The notes: generated by a model from the sequence alone, not told the origin. A DNA stretch of 64,000 nt from Candidatus Hermodarchaeota archaeon (GCA_048885925.1 JBHLLG010000003.1:47323-111322), one strand, 5' to 3'; positions 51,491 to 62,540 are shown, counted from the first letter of the stretch. A program made the numbers and translations.

Positions 51491-52006
51491 ATGGATTTTT
51501 ATGAAGTAGTTGGGAAAAGGAGAAGTTATAGATTTTATAAACCTGATATGCCTGAAAAAGATAAAATAGAAAGAATTTTAGAAGCCGCAAGGCTCGCTCC
51601 TACGTGGGCTAACTCGCAAGGAGTACATTATATTGTAGTCCAAGAACCTGAAAAAGTTAAGGCCGTTTGGAAAGCAATTGGACAAGAAAAAAAGTTTATT
51701 GAAGCTCCAATGTTTATTATTGGCATAATTTCCACATATGCATCTGGTACAAATAAAAGTGGGGAGAAATATTATGGTGTAGATTTTGGAATTTGTTTTG
51801 AACATCTAATTTTAGCTGCTGCTGCCGAAGGTTTAGGTACTTGTTGGGTAGGCATGTTTAATGAAGGAAAAGTTAAAAAGTTATTAAAAATCCCTAAAAA
51901 ATATAGAGTGTTGGGATTAACACCTTTAGGTTATCCAATTAAATCTAAAGGTGAAGTTAAAGAAAGAAAATCTATTGATCAAATTGTTCATTATGAACAA
52001 TTTTAA
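51491..52006 (+). CDS. Nitroreductase family protein
   Basis: RRSYRFY, ILEAARLAPT..N.Q, AEGLGTCWVG, LGYP. Confidence 0.92.
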   Translation: MDFYEVVGKRRSYRFYKPDMPEKDKIERILEAARLAPTWANSQGVHYIVVQEPEKVKAVWKAIGQEKKFIEAPMFIIGIISTYASGTNKSGEKYYGVDFGICFEHLILAAAAEGLGTCWVGMFNEGKVKKLLKIPKKYRVLGLTPLGYPIKSKGEVKERKSIDQIVHYEQF

Positions 52007-52029
52007 ATCAATTTTTAATTAATTGAAAA

Positions 52030-52221
52030 ATGAGAGTAAGAAAATGTTTTAGATGTGGTAAGGAATTAGATTTTGAAAGTTATATAAAAAATGCTAATCC
52101 TAAAAATGAGGAATATTTAACAAGAATGTGGGATAATGAACATATTGAATTTTTTTGTTGTCATTGTTATTGTTTCAAAGTAAAATATCAGCCAAATTTG
52201 GATTCCGAAGACTTTTATTAA
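52030..52221 (+). CDS. Small zinc-binding protein
   Basis: CFRCG...FFCCHCYC in 63 aa. Confidence 0.7.
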   Translation: MRVRKCFRCGKELDFESYIKNANPKNEEYLTRMWDNEHIEFFCCHCYCFKVKYQPNLDSEDFY

Positions 52222-52594
52222 ATCGCTTTTAACCCTATTTAAAATAGAAAATCTTTTTCTTTTTAAATAAAGAATTTAAATGCAATTTATGATGAAAAGT
52301 GAGGAATTATTATGCGAAATTATTTTCTTAGACCATAAATTAGGATTTATAACAAGCAGAATTGGTATTATTGATGTTTCTCAATTAAGAAATTTTGAAT
52401 AAAATTCAAATTTATTCATCATATTTAAAGAACGATATCTTCCTCCTATTTATAAGCACGATATAAAGGAGATAATAATATATCAAAAAAAAGAGCAATT
52501 AAGTACAAATGAAAAAAAATTAGGGGAGGAAATACCCTTAAAAATAAAATTTTCTCCAAAAATTAGTTAAAAACATATAAAATATTAAAAAAGA

Positions 52595-53002
52595 TTATCT
52601 ATTTTTTAACTCTTCAAGAATCTCTTCTAAAGCTTTAATAACTCGGTCTTTATAAGGAATTTGATTAGGATAATTATAACTAAATGACTTCCAATAAGGT
52701 CTTTTATGTCCTATTTTAAATTTAATTCCTTTCATTGATGTCATATAAGAATTATCATCAGTTTTAGTTGCTATTTGATCAGCTATAATATACCAATGAA
52801 ATTTAGTATTAATACTAGCCCCAGTATTACTTGGAGCAAGATTAATTCGAGTTTTTATGCTATCAAATTTGAAGCTCCATTTGTCAGGTGCTTTTTTAGT
52901 TTCAACCCATTTTCCATTATTGTAATTCCAATAGTGAGAGGCACCCACTCTCATACCAGAATATGTTTTTTCATTATATTTTTTTAAAGAATTATACATC
53001 AA
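52595..53002 (-). CDS. Conserved hypothetical Trp-rich protein
   Basis: YSGMRVGASHYWNY..GKWVETK..PDKW...FHWYIIADQ...KIGHKR. Confidence 0.75.
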   Translation of the reverse strand: MMYNSLKKYNEKTYSGMRVGASHYWNYNNGKWVETKKAPDKWSFKFDSIKTRINLAPSNTGASINTKFHWYIIADQIATKTDDNSYMTSMKGIKFKIGHKRPYWKSFSYNYPNQIPYKDRVIKALEEILEELKNR

Positions 53003-53121
53003 AATTTTGAGTTTTTATTTATTATCTTATAAGTTAAAAAAATAAGATTATATAAATAGACTAATAGACTCAAAATTTATTATAAGCATATTTATCATTT
53101 TCGATTTATTGAATTTTTTAT

Positions 53122-54594
53122 TTAAGAATTCGGTTTAAGTATTTCTCCAACATAATATAGTCCCACCAAGTTACCTCTTTTCTCAAATTTTCTTGAAACT
53201 AATAAAATTATTACATGTTCATTCTCATCTAGCAATTTATTCTCAACAGTGTGTTTGACGGATTTTTCTATTATTTCTTCTGCATCCATGTTAAAAAAGT
53301 CAATATTTTCAATATGAACAGGATATACTCCCCATACTAAATTTAATTCTCTCGCTGTTTTTTTGAAAGGAGTTATTGCAATTATTGGTAGGGGAGGTCG
53401 ATATTTTGCAATCATTCTAGCTCCATATCCTCTTCGCGTAATTACTAAAATCTTACCTCTAAAATTTAATTCCTCCATTTCAGACGCTAAAGCATGTATG
53501 GCATGTCCTAAAGTTTGAGTATGGGTAAGTCTATCAGAATCATATTTATCTGGGATCCTTTTAGGCATGTTTTCAGTTGCTGTTTTTGCTATTTGGTTCA
53601 TATATTGAACAGAATTGATTGGATATTTTCCCATTGCTGTTTCAGCTGATAACATTACGGCATCTGTTCCATCCATAACTGCATTATAAACATCATTTGC
53701 TTCTGCTCTTGTGGGTATAGGATTTGAAACCATAGATTCGAGCATTTGAGTGGCAACAATTATGGGTTTTCCTTCTTGATTAGATTTATATATCATTTCT
53801 TTTTGCCAAAGTGGAACCTTATCTGGGTCAATTTCAACTCCCAAATCTCCTCTTGCAACCATAATGCCATCTGAAACCTCAAGTATTTGATCAAAATTAT
53901 CCAAAGCAATAGGTCTTTCAATTTTAGAAATTAGTTTTATATCATTATTCCCATAATTTTCAAGGATTCTTCTAACATGGAGAACATCTGTAGCATCCGA
54001 GACAAAGGAAATTGCAACATATTCAGGATCGCTTTCAGCAATAAATTTAAGATCTTTTGTATCTTTTTTAGTAGGAACTCTCTGAGATAATTCTCCAGTA
54101 GGAATATTGACTCCTTTTCTATTGCTAATCATTCCTCCTGCGAGAACTTCTCCTAGAATATGGTCTTTTTCTTTTCTTATAACTTTAATTTTAATTATAC
54201 CATCATTAACAAAAAAAATATTTCCTACTCTCATTGAATTAAGAAATCCATCAAGAGGAATCGAGAATTGATCTTGATCACCTTCAATTTCTTTTTCATA
54301 CACTTTTACTTCTTTACCTATCCCCAGATTATAGGTTCGATCTTCTTTAAAAGTCCCTACTCTAATTTTTGGTCCTTGAATATCAGCTAGAATTCCAATA
54401 TAATCACTAACTTCTCTAATTCTTTCAATTAATTCTTTTTTTTCTTCATGAGTTCCATGTGAGAAATTCAATCGAAATATATCAACCCCCGCATTAATTA
54501 AATTCTTAAGCATTTCCTTTGAACTCGACGCTGGACCTAAGGTCGCCGTAATTTTAACAGTGTTGTGTCTAAAATGTTTAAACAATATTGTCAT
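53122..54594 (-). CDS. pyk: Pyruvate kinase
   Basis: KITATLGPAS, RLNFSHG, SKIE, MVARGDLGVE, ATQMLESM, PTRAE. Confidence 0.95.
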   Translation of the reverse strand: MTILFKHFRHNTVKITATLGPASSSKEMLKNLINAGVDIFRLNFSHGTHEEKKELIERIREVSDYIGILADIQGPKIRVGTFKEDRTYNLGIGKEVKVYEKEIEGDQDQFSIPLDGFLNSMRVGNIFFVNDGIIKIKVIRKEKDHILGEVLAGGMISNRKGVNIPTGELSQRVPTKKDTKDLKFIAESDPEYVAISFVSDATDVLHVRRILENYGNNDIKLISKIERPIALDNFDQILEVSDGIMVARGDLGVEIDPDKVPLWQKEMIYKSNQEGKPIIVATQMLESMVSNPIPTRAEANDVYNAVMDGTDAVMLSAETAMGKYPINSVQYMNQIAKTATENMPKRIPDKYDSDRLTHTQTLGHAIHALASEMEELNFRGKILVITRRGYGARMIAKYRPPLPIIAITPFKKTARELNLVWGVYPVHIENIDFFNMDAEEIIEKSVKHTVENKLLDENEHVIILLVSRKFEKRGNLVGLYYVGEILKPNS

Positions 54595-54690
54595 CCCTTT
54601 TTTAGAAATTTTAAGTTAGTTTATACAGAATATTCAATTGGAAATATACAATACAATGATTAATAATATTATTATGCTTTTCCTTAAAAA

Positions 54691-55161
54691 TTATTTATTT
54701 TCTATTAAATTCCTAATTTTTCCTAATTTATTTCGAAATTCCCTTCGTAAGAGTTTTAATTTTTTAATAAAATTAGTATAATCTTCAATCTCTTTAATTT
54801 CTTTTATTAATAGTAATTGAATTCTTAAAGTTTTTGGGAAAATTGAATACTGAATTAACTGTAAATCATTTTCAATAGCTAAATCTTTTGCTAGTTGAAC
54901 TAAAAAATCAGAACTATTATTAGCTAAGGAAACAGTTAAAAAATATCTTAATTTTGGGGTTTTAAAGTAATTTTTAGCAATAAATAGGTAAAAATATTTA
55001 TTCTTTTCACTCAGATTATAAATTTTTTCTATTATTAAAGATTTGGAAATATTATTGACAATTTCTGAAATATAAGCATGTTTACCTTTTACTTTATCAA
55101 AGTTTTTAATAATCTCGTTTTTGATAAACGATTCCAAGTTTTTATGGCTTAAATCATTCAT
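54691..55161 (-). CDS. Hypothetical protein
   Basis: 156 aa ORF filling the gap between pyk and the AOR gene on the same strand. Confidence 0.6.
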   Translation of the reverse strand: MNDLSHKNLESFIKNEIIKNFDKVKGKHAYISEIVNNISKSLIIEKIYNLSEKNKYFYLFIAKNYFKTPKLRYFLTVSLANNSSDFLVQLAKDLAIENDLQLIQYSIFPKTLRIQLLLIKEIKEIEDYTNFIKKLKLLRREFRNKLGKIRNLIENK

Positions 55162-55234
55162 TTTATAATTCTTAACATTTTACACTATTTTTAAAATAAA
55201 ATAAGTTAATTATACTATAGGAAGAAATATTACT

Positions 55235-57205
55235 TTAATATAAATCCTTTATAACAAAACTTAAATCTAAATCCATAAGTGTTTCTTTTAAGGGATATCC
55301 ATTTTCGGGATTCCAACCCATTTCATTACAATACCCTTTATAGAAGTTTACATATTCAATAGAAACTCCTTTTGTAGGTCCTCTTTCATCTGGGGGATGC
55401 CCTGTAACCCTCCCAGGTAGTCTATTATTGGCGAGTTCAATACCTTCACGTATAGTAAAAGTTTGCCGTAATGTTTGAATTCTCAAACCAATTTGAATTA
55501 ACTCGTTAATTGATATATTCCATCCAGTAAAAGTATGAATTAAATCGATAAAAGGATATGACCCAAATAATGTTGAAAAGGAACATAAACCTACACTGTT
55601 TAATACTTGATGAAAAGAAGTGGTTAACATTTGTCCTCGATATTTGGTTTTCTCGTTCTTTTTCCTTCCTTTTGGTAATTTAAATCCTTTCTGGAATTTG
55701 TTTATAGGACCTATCTCAATCATATCTATACTTGCTGCAGTATGTCTTCCTGGAGTAGGATCATAATTATATGTAAAAGCTAAGGAAGGAAAAACTCTAG
55801 GATTATGCATCGCGATTTCTGAACCTAAAGATGTAATTGCATATTTTTCAGATCCGCGACCAATTTTTTCTGCAGCAATTTTACATCCATCAGCTAAAAT
55901 ATCTCCAATACCTTCTCGATTAATTATTTTTTTAACTAATTCAATTATAGCTTTTGAATTACCCCATGTTAATTCTATACCATTTGTGTCTTCTTTAGTT
56001 AAAATCCCGTTTTCAAAACATTCAATAGCAAAAGCAATGGTTGCCCCAGTAGAGATTGTATCAATTGCTGCTCTATTGCATAATTCATTTATCTCAAATA
56101 TTGAGAGTAAGTCATGATTTAGTAAGAGAGCACCAAATGAACAACATGTTTCATACTCTGGAATGTGAGTTTCTTCTAGATTTATTTCAGGAACTTTTAA
56201 GATTGCACCACATTGAACTGGACAACTAAAACACCCATATTCTCTAATCTTATATTTTTGAATTTCTAATGCTGATAAATTTTTTGAATTTTTAAAAGGG
56301 AAATCATACATACCAATTCCACTCCAATTTTTTATCGGAGAATCGTTGATTTCTGCTGCTAGAGTGTTTCCAACACTAGTTCCGAAAGATTTGTATATCT
56401 CTCTTATCATTTTCGGTGGTCCTGAAAATCCTATTCTAAATCGACGAATTGTTTTAGCTAATCTTGGGACATTTTTTAGAATTGAGCGTATTAATTTATT
56501 GGGTTGTTCTTGGATTCCCCTTTGATTATAGGTTTTTATTAATTCGAGAAATCGGTCCTTCTGATAAATAGAAATCCTTTTATTCCCTTTTAAAGCGAGC
56601 ATTTTTAGATTTTTTGATCCCATAATTGCTCCTAATCCTGATCGTGCTGCTATTCGACCTCTATCATTAGCAATTCCTGAAATTTTAGATATATTTTCTC
56701 CAGCTTGCCCAATTCCTGCCGTCTTTATAAATTTTCCATGTTTTTTCTTTAAATGTGTTTCAGCCTCAATAATGTCTAAACCCCAAATGTCTGAAGCATC
56801 TAAAATTTCTTTATTACCCTCCTTTATTAACACATATTTAGGTGTTTCAGCAGCTCCTTTGAATAAGATTGCATCAAATCCACATTTCTTTATTTCAGGG
56901 CCAAATGTTCCTCCCGAGTTAGCATCCCCCCAAGTCCCTGTCAAAGGAGATTTGCCTGCTATCATATATCTTCCAGAAAATGGAGCGGCGGTCCCTGTCA
57001 GTAAACCAGGAAAAAAGCCAAAAATTGATTTAGGGCTTAATGGATCAATTCTTACGGGCATATTATCATAAATTAATTTAACTCCTAATCCATAACCCCC
57101 AATATACTGACGATAAATCTCTTCAGGTAGAGATTCTTCTTTAAAATTTTCTTCTGTTAAATCAATCCATAAGATTTTTCCAAAAATTCCAGATGCCATG
57201 TTCAA
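55235..57205 (-). CDS. aor: Tungsten-containing aldehyde:ferredoxin oxidoreductase family
   Basis: KSPLTG, AARSGLGAIMGSKNLK, CFSCPVQC, PEYET, DTISTG. Confidence 0.93.
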   Translation of the reverse strand: MNMASGIFGKILWIDLTEENFKEESLPEEIYRQYIGGYGLGVKLIYDNMPVRIDPLSPKSIFGFFPGLLTGTAAPFSGRYMIAGKSPLTGTWGDANSGGTFGPEIKKCGFDAILFKGAAETPKYVLIKEGNKEILDASDIWGLDIIEAETHLKKKHGKFIKTAGIGQAGENISKISGIANDRGRIAARSGLGAIMGSKNLKMLALKGNKRISIYQKDRFLELIKTYNQRGIQEQPNKLIRSILKNVPRLAKTIRRFRIGFSGPPKMIREIYKSFGTSVGNTLAAEINDSPIKNWSGIGMYDFPFKNSKNLSALEIQKYKIREYGCFSCPVQCGAILKVPEINLEETHIPEYETCCSFGALLLNHDLLSIFEINELCNRAAIDTISTGATIAFAIECFENGILTKEDTNGIELTWGNSKAIIELVKKIINREGIGDILADGCKIAAEKIGRGSEKYAITSLGSEIAMHNPRVFPSLAFTYNYDPTPGRHTAASIDMIEIGPINKFQKGFKLPKGRKKNEKTKYRGQMLTTSFHQVLNSVGLCSFSTLFGSYPFIDLIHTFTGWNISINELIQIGLRIQTLRQTFTIREGIELANNRLPGRVTGHPPDERGPTKGVSIEYVNFYKGYCNEMGWNPENGYPLKETLMDLDLSFVIKDLY

Positions 57206-57558
57206 CCAAAAAAATTCTTTTAAAAGTTATTTTTTATATAATTATCTTTTTCTGATTAAATTTAATACTATATTTTGTTAAAACCTTATTTATAAAAGAA
57301 TTGAACGTGTTAAAGGTTTTCTTTAATATGAAGTTATAATCTTAAGTTAAAAGATTAATATTTCTTTAAATAGTATTTAAGAAACATTTAAATATACAAT
57401 TTATTTTAATATAATCGGAACCAAATTATACCTTTCATTCATAAATAAGCATTTATTTGTTATTTCAAAATAATTTGAGTTCTTCTGAAGGGTTAATATA
57501 AAAATCATTAGAAAATAATATATTTAAAGCAAATTTCTGAAAAGTTAGGCATAAAATT

Positions 57559-57774
57559 ATGGCTGTTGTCCCAACTATAAAAAAAACGGAAGAATTAATC
57601 CAGAAATTCATTGATTGGGATAAGTTTGAAAATGTTTTTTATAATAATTTCTACTTAGATAAATATAAAATCGTAATTAAAATGCCTCTTGTTCCAAGAA
57701 AAGATTTAAAAGACGAGATTAAAATAAGAAAGTTTAACCTTGAAAAGTATACATTTCTTATTTCATACGATTAA
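57559..57774 (+). CDS. Small hypothetical protein
   Basis: 71 aa ORF in an otherwise empty gap, with TATA-like sequence upstream. Confidence 0.5.
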   Translation: MAVVPTIKKTEELIQKFIDWDKFENVFYNNFYLDKYKIVIKMPLVPRKDLKDEIKIRKFNLEKYTFLISYD

Positions 57775-57787
57775 AGAATAAGTTTGA

Positions 57788-57937
57788 TTAATCAAATATT
57801 TTCTTTTTCTTAACTTTTTCTCCCTTTCCTCTATTAATTTCATTCCAACAAGAGAAACACATATAATTTCCATCCTCTAAAAGTACTAGATCTTTTGGTG
57901 AACGGATCATTCCACATTTATGACATTTTTTCATCAT
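57788..57937 (-). CDS. 49 aa zinc-finger microprotein
   Basis: MMKKCHKCGMIRSPKDLVLLEDGNYMCFSCWNEINRGKGEKVKKKKIFD; two CxxC. Not in the ORF track. Confidence 0.7.
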   Translation of the reverse strand: MMKKCHKCGMIRSPKDLVLLEDGNYMCFSCWNEINRGKGEKVKKKKIFD

Positions 57938-57998
57938 AAGTATATCTTTTAATAATTTTTTAAAATTATAAATATATGTTAATAATAAGTATTTTAAA

Positions 57999-59459
57999 TT
58001 ATTTATTTTTTGATTGTAAAAACTTACTATATTGCCACATTCTTATTAACGTCCATACTCCTTCTTCAGGATAACAAACAGGAATTCCATTATCCTGTAA
58101 GTAAGCAACAAATTTTTCTTCTCTGGTATTATAACAGGTTAAAATGATTGGTTTTCGATATTTATCTCTAAATTCTACTATTTCATCAAAAAGAGCAATA
58201 AAAAAATCTTCCATCATGTCTCCAAAATTTTTCATTGTGATTATACTCTCATGTTCTTTCATAAAATCTGGTACATTAACAAGATTCTTGAAATATTCTG
58301 TCCCCATAAGACCATAAAAAATAAGGGAATCAATTTCATCACTTTTTAACAATATTTCTGGTAATACATTTAAGAAATTTTGCATATCATCAGAATAAGT
58401 TAAATCAATAGGGTTAATTGTTGATGCTGTTTCTGGCATCCAAGGTTTTAATTTTTCTTGTAATTCTTTGCTTAGCATTGGAACTTTCATTCCATTACTT
58501 TCAAATAAATCTGACATTAAAGTACCTGGACCGCCTCCCATTGTAAGAATTGCTACACGATTTCCTTTAGGAAGAGGTAATGAATCAAATGCGTTTAAGA
58601 GATTCAACATATCTATACTACTTTTTACTTTTATAGCTCCTGTTTGTTCACAAATGGAATCAATAATGTAACCTGGAGATGTAATAGCAGCAGTATGAGA
58701 CTTTGCTGATCTTGTTCCAGCTTCAGTTTGACCAATGGGAATAATAACTATTGGTTTTTTCTGATTAATTCTTTCTAATAATTCAATAAATTCTTTTCCC
58801 CTTCTTACTGCTTCAAAATATATTCCAATACATGTTGTTTTATCATCTTCATCGAATAATTCTAAATAATCCACAAGATCGGTATTAACTTCATTTCCAA
58901 CAGATATTATTTTTGAGATTCCCAATCCTATTTTTGAACTAATAGCAATAAGTGGTTGAACTGCATATGTTCCTGATTGTGAGACAATTGATACTCCTCC
59001 TTTCCTTGGAGGCCATGGAACATGAGTTATATTTATAAAGGGAGTAATTACTTCTCCTGAACAATTTGGTCCCATGATTTTAATGTTATACTTCTTAGCT
59101 ATTTCCTTCATTTTATCTTGAGCTTCTTTATTTCCTACTTCCAAGAAACCTCCTGATAAAATTATTACATTTTTTACTCCCTTCTGACCACACTCCTCAA
59201 GAAAATTATTGATTAAATCAGGATTGATTGCCATTACTACTAAATCTACTTGTTCAGGAATGTCTTTTATACTATGATAAGCTTTAAATCCTAATATTTC
59301 CTGCTCTTTCGGATGAATTGGAAACACTTTACCTTGAAATCCTGCAGATAATAAATTCGTAAGATGAATACTTCCAAACTTTTGCATCATATTGGAAGCT
59401 CCATAAAAAGCAACTGATTTTGGATTAAAAAACCCTTCAAATTCTATCAACTTTGACAT
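57999..59459 (-). CDS. acdA: ADP-forming acyl-CoA synthetase alpha subunit
   Basis: FFNPKSVA..GAS, MGPNC, SQSG, SVGNE, SHTA phospho-His, NPIDL. Confidence 0.9.
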   Translation of the reverse strand: MSKLIEFEGFFNPKSVAFYGASNMMQKFGSIHLTNLLSAGFQGKVFPIHPKEQEILGFKAYHSIKDIPEQVDLVVMAINPDLINNFLEECGQKGVKNVIILSGGFLEVGNKEAQDKMKEIAKKYNIKIMGPNCSGEVITPFINITHVPWPPRKGGVSIVSQSGTYAVQPLIAISSKIGLGISKIISVGNEVNTDLVDYLELFDEDDKTTCIGIYFEAVRRGKEFIELLERINQKKPIVIIPIGQTEAGTRSAKSHTAAITSPGYIIDSICEQTGAIKVKSSIDMLNLLNAFDSLPLPKGNRVAILTMGGGPGTLMSDLFESNGMKVPMLSKELQEKLKPWMPETASTINPIDLTYSDDMQNFLNVLPEILLKSDEIDSLIFYGLMGTEYFKNLVNVPDFMKEHESIITMKNFGDMMEDFFIALFDEIVEFRDKYRKPIILTCYNTREEKFVAYLQDNGIPVCYPEEGVWTLIRMWQYSKFLQSKNK

Positions 59460-60155
59460 CTAACTGACCTCTTTTAAAATTATACGAGCATCTACTACCA
59501 TTACTCCTTTACCAGTTTCAAATACAATAACGGGATTTAAGTCAAGTTCTATGATTTCTGGATTTTCTATTAATAAATTACAACATTTTAAAATTGTATT
59601 AATAATTTGTTCTATATCTCCCTTAGATTGTCCACGGTATCCATTCAATAATGGAAAGGCTTTAATGCTTCGGATCATTCGATTTGCTTCTTCTTTTGTA
59701 ATAGGACATACTCTATATGACACATCTTTAAAAATCTCAACAAAGATTCCTCCTAAGCCAAACATAAGAACAGGACCAAAATTTTTATCACGTATAGCAC
59801 CAATAATGATTTCGGTGATCCCATCTTTAACCATTTTTTGAACATTTACTCCAATAATCTTAGCATTGGCTTTATATTTATTCGCATTTGAAATTAATTC
59901 ATCATACGCCTGATTTAAATCCTTATCAGATTCAATATTAAGTTTAATAACTTTAGCTTCTGTTTTGTGAATTATATCCGGACTCATTAATTTAGCAACA
60001 ACGGGGTATCCAATTTCATTTGCATATTCTATAGCTTCACTTTTTGTCTTAGTTATCTTATAATCTCCAACTGGAATACCGTAATTAGAAATAAAGTTCT
60101 TACTTTCATGTTCCATTAAAAAATATCTTTTTTCTGCTAATATTTCACTTATCAT
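59460..60155 (-). CDS. acdB: ADP-forming acyl-CoA synthetase beta (ATP-grasp) subunit
   Basis: IGYPVVAK, HKTE, FGPVLMFGLGGIFVE, ELDLNP, VDARI. Confidence 0.92.
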   Translation of the reverse strand: MISEILAEKRYFLMEHESKNFISNYGIPVGDYKITKTKSEAIEYANEIGYPVVAKLMSPDIIHKTEAKVIKLNIESDKDLNQAYDELISNANKYKANAKIIGVNVQKMVKDGITEIIIGAIRDKNFGPVLMFGLGGIFVEIFKDVSYRVCPITKEEANRMIRSIKAFPLLNGYRGQSKGDIEQIINTILKCCNLLIENPEIIELDLNPVIVFETGKGVMVVDARIILKEVS

Positions 60156-60183
60156 TTTATTCGATCGTGTGATTTTCCTAACC

Positions 60184-60462
60184 TCATTTTGTTACAATTT
60201 TGAAGATATTAAAGGATAAGTTAGATTTTCTGATTAAGTAAATAGTAATTATTGCAAATATCAGATCAATTAAACCTAAAATTATTGCTAATAACCCTCC
60301 TGTTTGGGAAAAAATAGGAAATTGTAAGGAAGTTATAACTGCTCCTAGCAAATTAAATAAAGGCTGAATTAAAAATATCATTAAGAATCCAAAAAATATC
60401 TCATATCCCCCTCCAATCAAGGATAAAATCTTCAATAATCCCTTTGCTTTACTTTCATCCAT
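60184..60462 (-). CDS. Small hypothetical membrane protein
   Basis: 92 aa hydrophobic ORF within the operon. Confidence 0.55.
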   Translation of the reverse strand: MDESKAKGLLKILSLIGGGYEIFFGFLMIFLIQPLFNLLGAVITSLQFPIFSQTGGLLAIILGLIDLIFAIITIYLIRKSNLSFNIFKIVTK

Positions 60463-60484
60463 CTTATAATCAACACAATTTTAT

Positions 60485-61303
60485 TTAACGCCCTAAAAAG
60501 TCAGGCTCTCTCTTTTCAAAAAAAGCTAATAATCCTTCAGTAAAATCTTCTGAGTCAAATGCTTTAAATAGCGCTTCTGCTTCATTTTCGAGTGCTTTTA
60601 GTGTTTTTTCTTCAAGTAGTTTATTAATAGCTAACTTTGCTAATCCAATCGAATAAGTAGGTCCTCTTGCTAACTTTTCAGCAATATCCACCACTCTATC
60701 CATAAATTCGTTAGCAGGAAATACTCCATTAATTAATCCCATTTTTTGAGCTTCTTGAGCGCTAAATCTATCTCCAAAAAAGATCAATTCCTTTGCTTTA
60801 TGTATACCTAGAATTCTGGGGAGAATATAGGTGGAAGACATTTCAGGAATAATTGCTCGCTTCATAAAAAAAGTACCGAGTTCAGCTTCATCTGAAGCAT
60901 AAATTAAATCACAATTTAAAGCGATATTCAACCCTCCTCCTAATGCTAGCCCATTTATAGCTGCAATTATAGGTTTAGGTGTTCTTTGTAACTTTAGTAC
61001 AATTCTTTTTTGAGAAACATCAATTTCTTGTTCTCCAGACTGCATTTTTCCTCCATCTTCTACAGAATCTACATCTCCCGCCATCCCTTGGCTTGCTTGA
61101 TTAAAGTCTCCTCCCGTTGAAAATGCACGACCTTTTCCAGTAATAACTGCAGCTCGAATTTCTTTATTATTAGCAATTTCGTCTAAAGCATCATAAATTT
61201 CATCAAACATTTTGCCATTTATAGCATTTAGCTTATCTTCTCTATTAAACTTTATAATACCTACATTATTTTTAACTTCAAATAAAAGATATTTAAATTC
61301 CAT
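60485..61303 (-). CDS. Enoyl-CoA hydratase/isomerase family
   Basis: AFSTGGD, PKPIIAAINGLALGGG. Confidence 0.9.
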   Translation of the reverse strand: MEFKYLLFEVKNNVGIIKFNREDKLNAINGKMFDEIYDALDEIANNKEIRAAVITGKGRAFSTGGDFNQASQGMAGDVDSVEDGGKMQSGEQEIDVSQKRIVLKLQRTPKPIIAAINGLALGGGLNIALNCDLIYASDEAELGTFFMKRAIIPEMSSTYILPRILGIHKAKELIFFGDRFSAQEAQKMGLINGVFPANEFMDRVVDIAEKLARGPTYSIGLAKLAINKLLEEKTLKALENEAEALFKAFDSEDFTEGLLAFFEKREPDFLGR

Positions 61304-61370
61304 TTCTCATACCATGATTAATTTTCTTAAAATATAATACAAAAAAAAATTGTTTACTTATTCAACCAAT

Positions 61371-61700
61371 TTATTTCATAAGCATCTGCATTTTAAGCAT
61401 ATCTTTCATTGGACCCTTAGCTTTAAGTTTACCGCCCATAAATGCTTTAGTTGGGCTCAACTCACCATCCATGATATCAATAATAACTTCACTTGCTGTT
61501 ATTATTGTGATATCAGGGTCTTCGATATCACCCTCTTTAATTTCACATTTCGCATCCTTAAAGATAAGATAATAATTGTTTGTATCTGTGAAATTAAATT
61601 GCAATGTTTTGTTAAAATCCGAAAATCTCTCTGCATAAGCTGGATCGTCTAATTTACTAACCATCTTTTTAATTCCTTCAACTAATTCTTCATTTACCAT
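61371..61700 (-). CDS. SCP2 sterol/lipid-binding domain protein
   Basis: PDITI...GELSPTKAFMGGKLKAKG; RBS GGAGGT. Confidence 0.9.
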   Translation of the reverse strand: MVNEELVEGIKKMVSKLDDPAYAERFSDFNKTLQFNFTDTNNYYLIFKDAKCEIKEGDIEDPDITIITASEVIIDIMDGELSPTKAFMGGKLKAKGPMKDMLKMQMLMK

Positions 61701-61739
61701 TTTTCTACCTCCTTATTTATAATTTTGATAAAAAAAATT

Positions 61740-62540
61740 TTATTTTCCTTTCCATTTAGGTTGTCTATTTCCTTCCATGAAGGCAGTAAAGCCCTCAATA
61801 ACATCCTCCGAGTGAAATAGCTCTTGAAAAGGTTCCCATAAACTACCAATTGCTCTAGTTCTAGTATAATGATATCCTTGTTGGAACCATTTTTTTGTCC
61901 ATTTATGACTTATAGGAGCTACCATCTTCATTTCATTTGCCATTTCTAAAGCAGCATCAAGTAATTGGTCATGAGGAACAACTTTATTAACTAAACCAAT
62001 TCTAAATGCCTCATCAGCGGAAATAATTTTTCCTGTTAAAAGAAGCTCTTTCGTGTAACGCATCCCAATTAATTCAGGAAGTAGTAAGAATGCAACACCA
62101 CTTGCTAAGCCTCTTCTATTTTCCCAAAATCCCATTTCTGCATCATGAGCTGCAATAGCACAATCGCACCATAATGTTAATTCCAAACCCCCCGCATAAG
62201 CATAACCATTTATTGCAGCAATTAGAGGTTTTGGATAACGTGCCATTAATTCACAGGGATCAAGCAAGATTCCGAGAAAATCACCTAAATTTTTAAATCC
62301 AGTTGTAGACATTTCTTTAATATCGAGTCCCGCTGAAAAAGCGCGTCCACCTTTATATTCCTCATCATTACCTGTTAATATTATGACTCTCACGTTTATA
62401 TCATCCCACGTGTCTGATAAAACCTCCCCAATACTCGCCCAAACATCTCTACATAATGCATTTCTTCTTTGTGGTCGATCTATTGTAATTATACCAACTT
62501 CATCTTTTACTTCAAATTTAATTTCTTTATATCTTGCCAT
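61740..62540 (-). CDS. Enoyl-CoA hydratase (both catalytic Glu present)
   Basis: AFSAGLD, GYAYAGGLEL, FWENRRG. Confidence 0.9.
   Translation of the reverse strand: MARYKEIKFEVKDEVGIITIDRPQRRNALCRDVWASIGEVLSDTWDDINVRVIILTGNDEEYKGGRAFSAGLDIKEMSTTGFKNLGDFLGILLDPCELMARYPKPLIAAINGYAYAGGLELTLWCDCAIAAHDAEMGFWENRRGLASGVAFLLLPELIGMRYTKELLLTGKIISADEAFRIGLVNKVVPHDQLLDAALEMANEMKMVAPISHKWTKKWFQQGYHYTRTRAIGSLWEPFQELFHSEDVIEGFTAFMEGNRQPKWKGK

Noticed and set aside
52289-52402. 37 aa ORF MMKSEELLCEIIFLDHKLGFITSRIGIIDVSQLRNFE
   Set aside because: No motif or clear RBS; cannot be distinguished from a chance ORF.
52443-52471. Imperfect hairpin CTCC(TA)TTTATA...TATAAAGGAG as a SECIS element or ncRNA
   Set aside because: No in-frame TGA at a Cys-equivalent position was seen in neighbouring genes, and the SECIS core motif is not evident.
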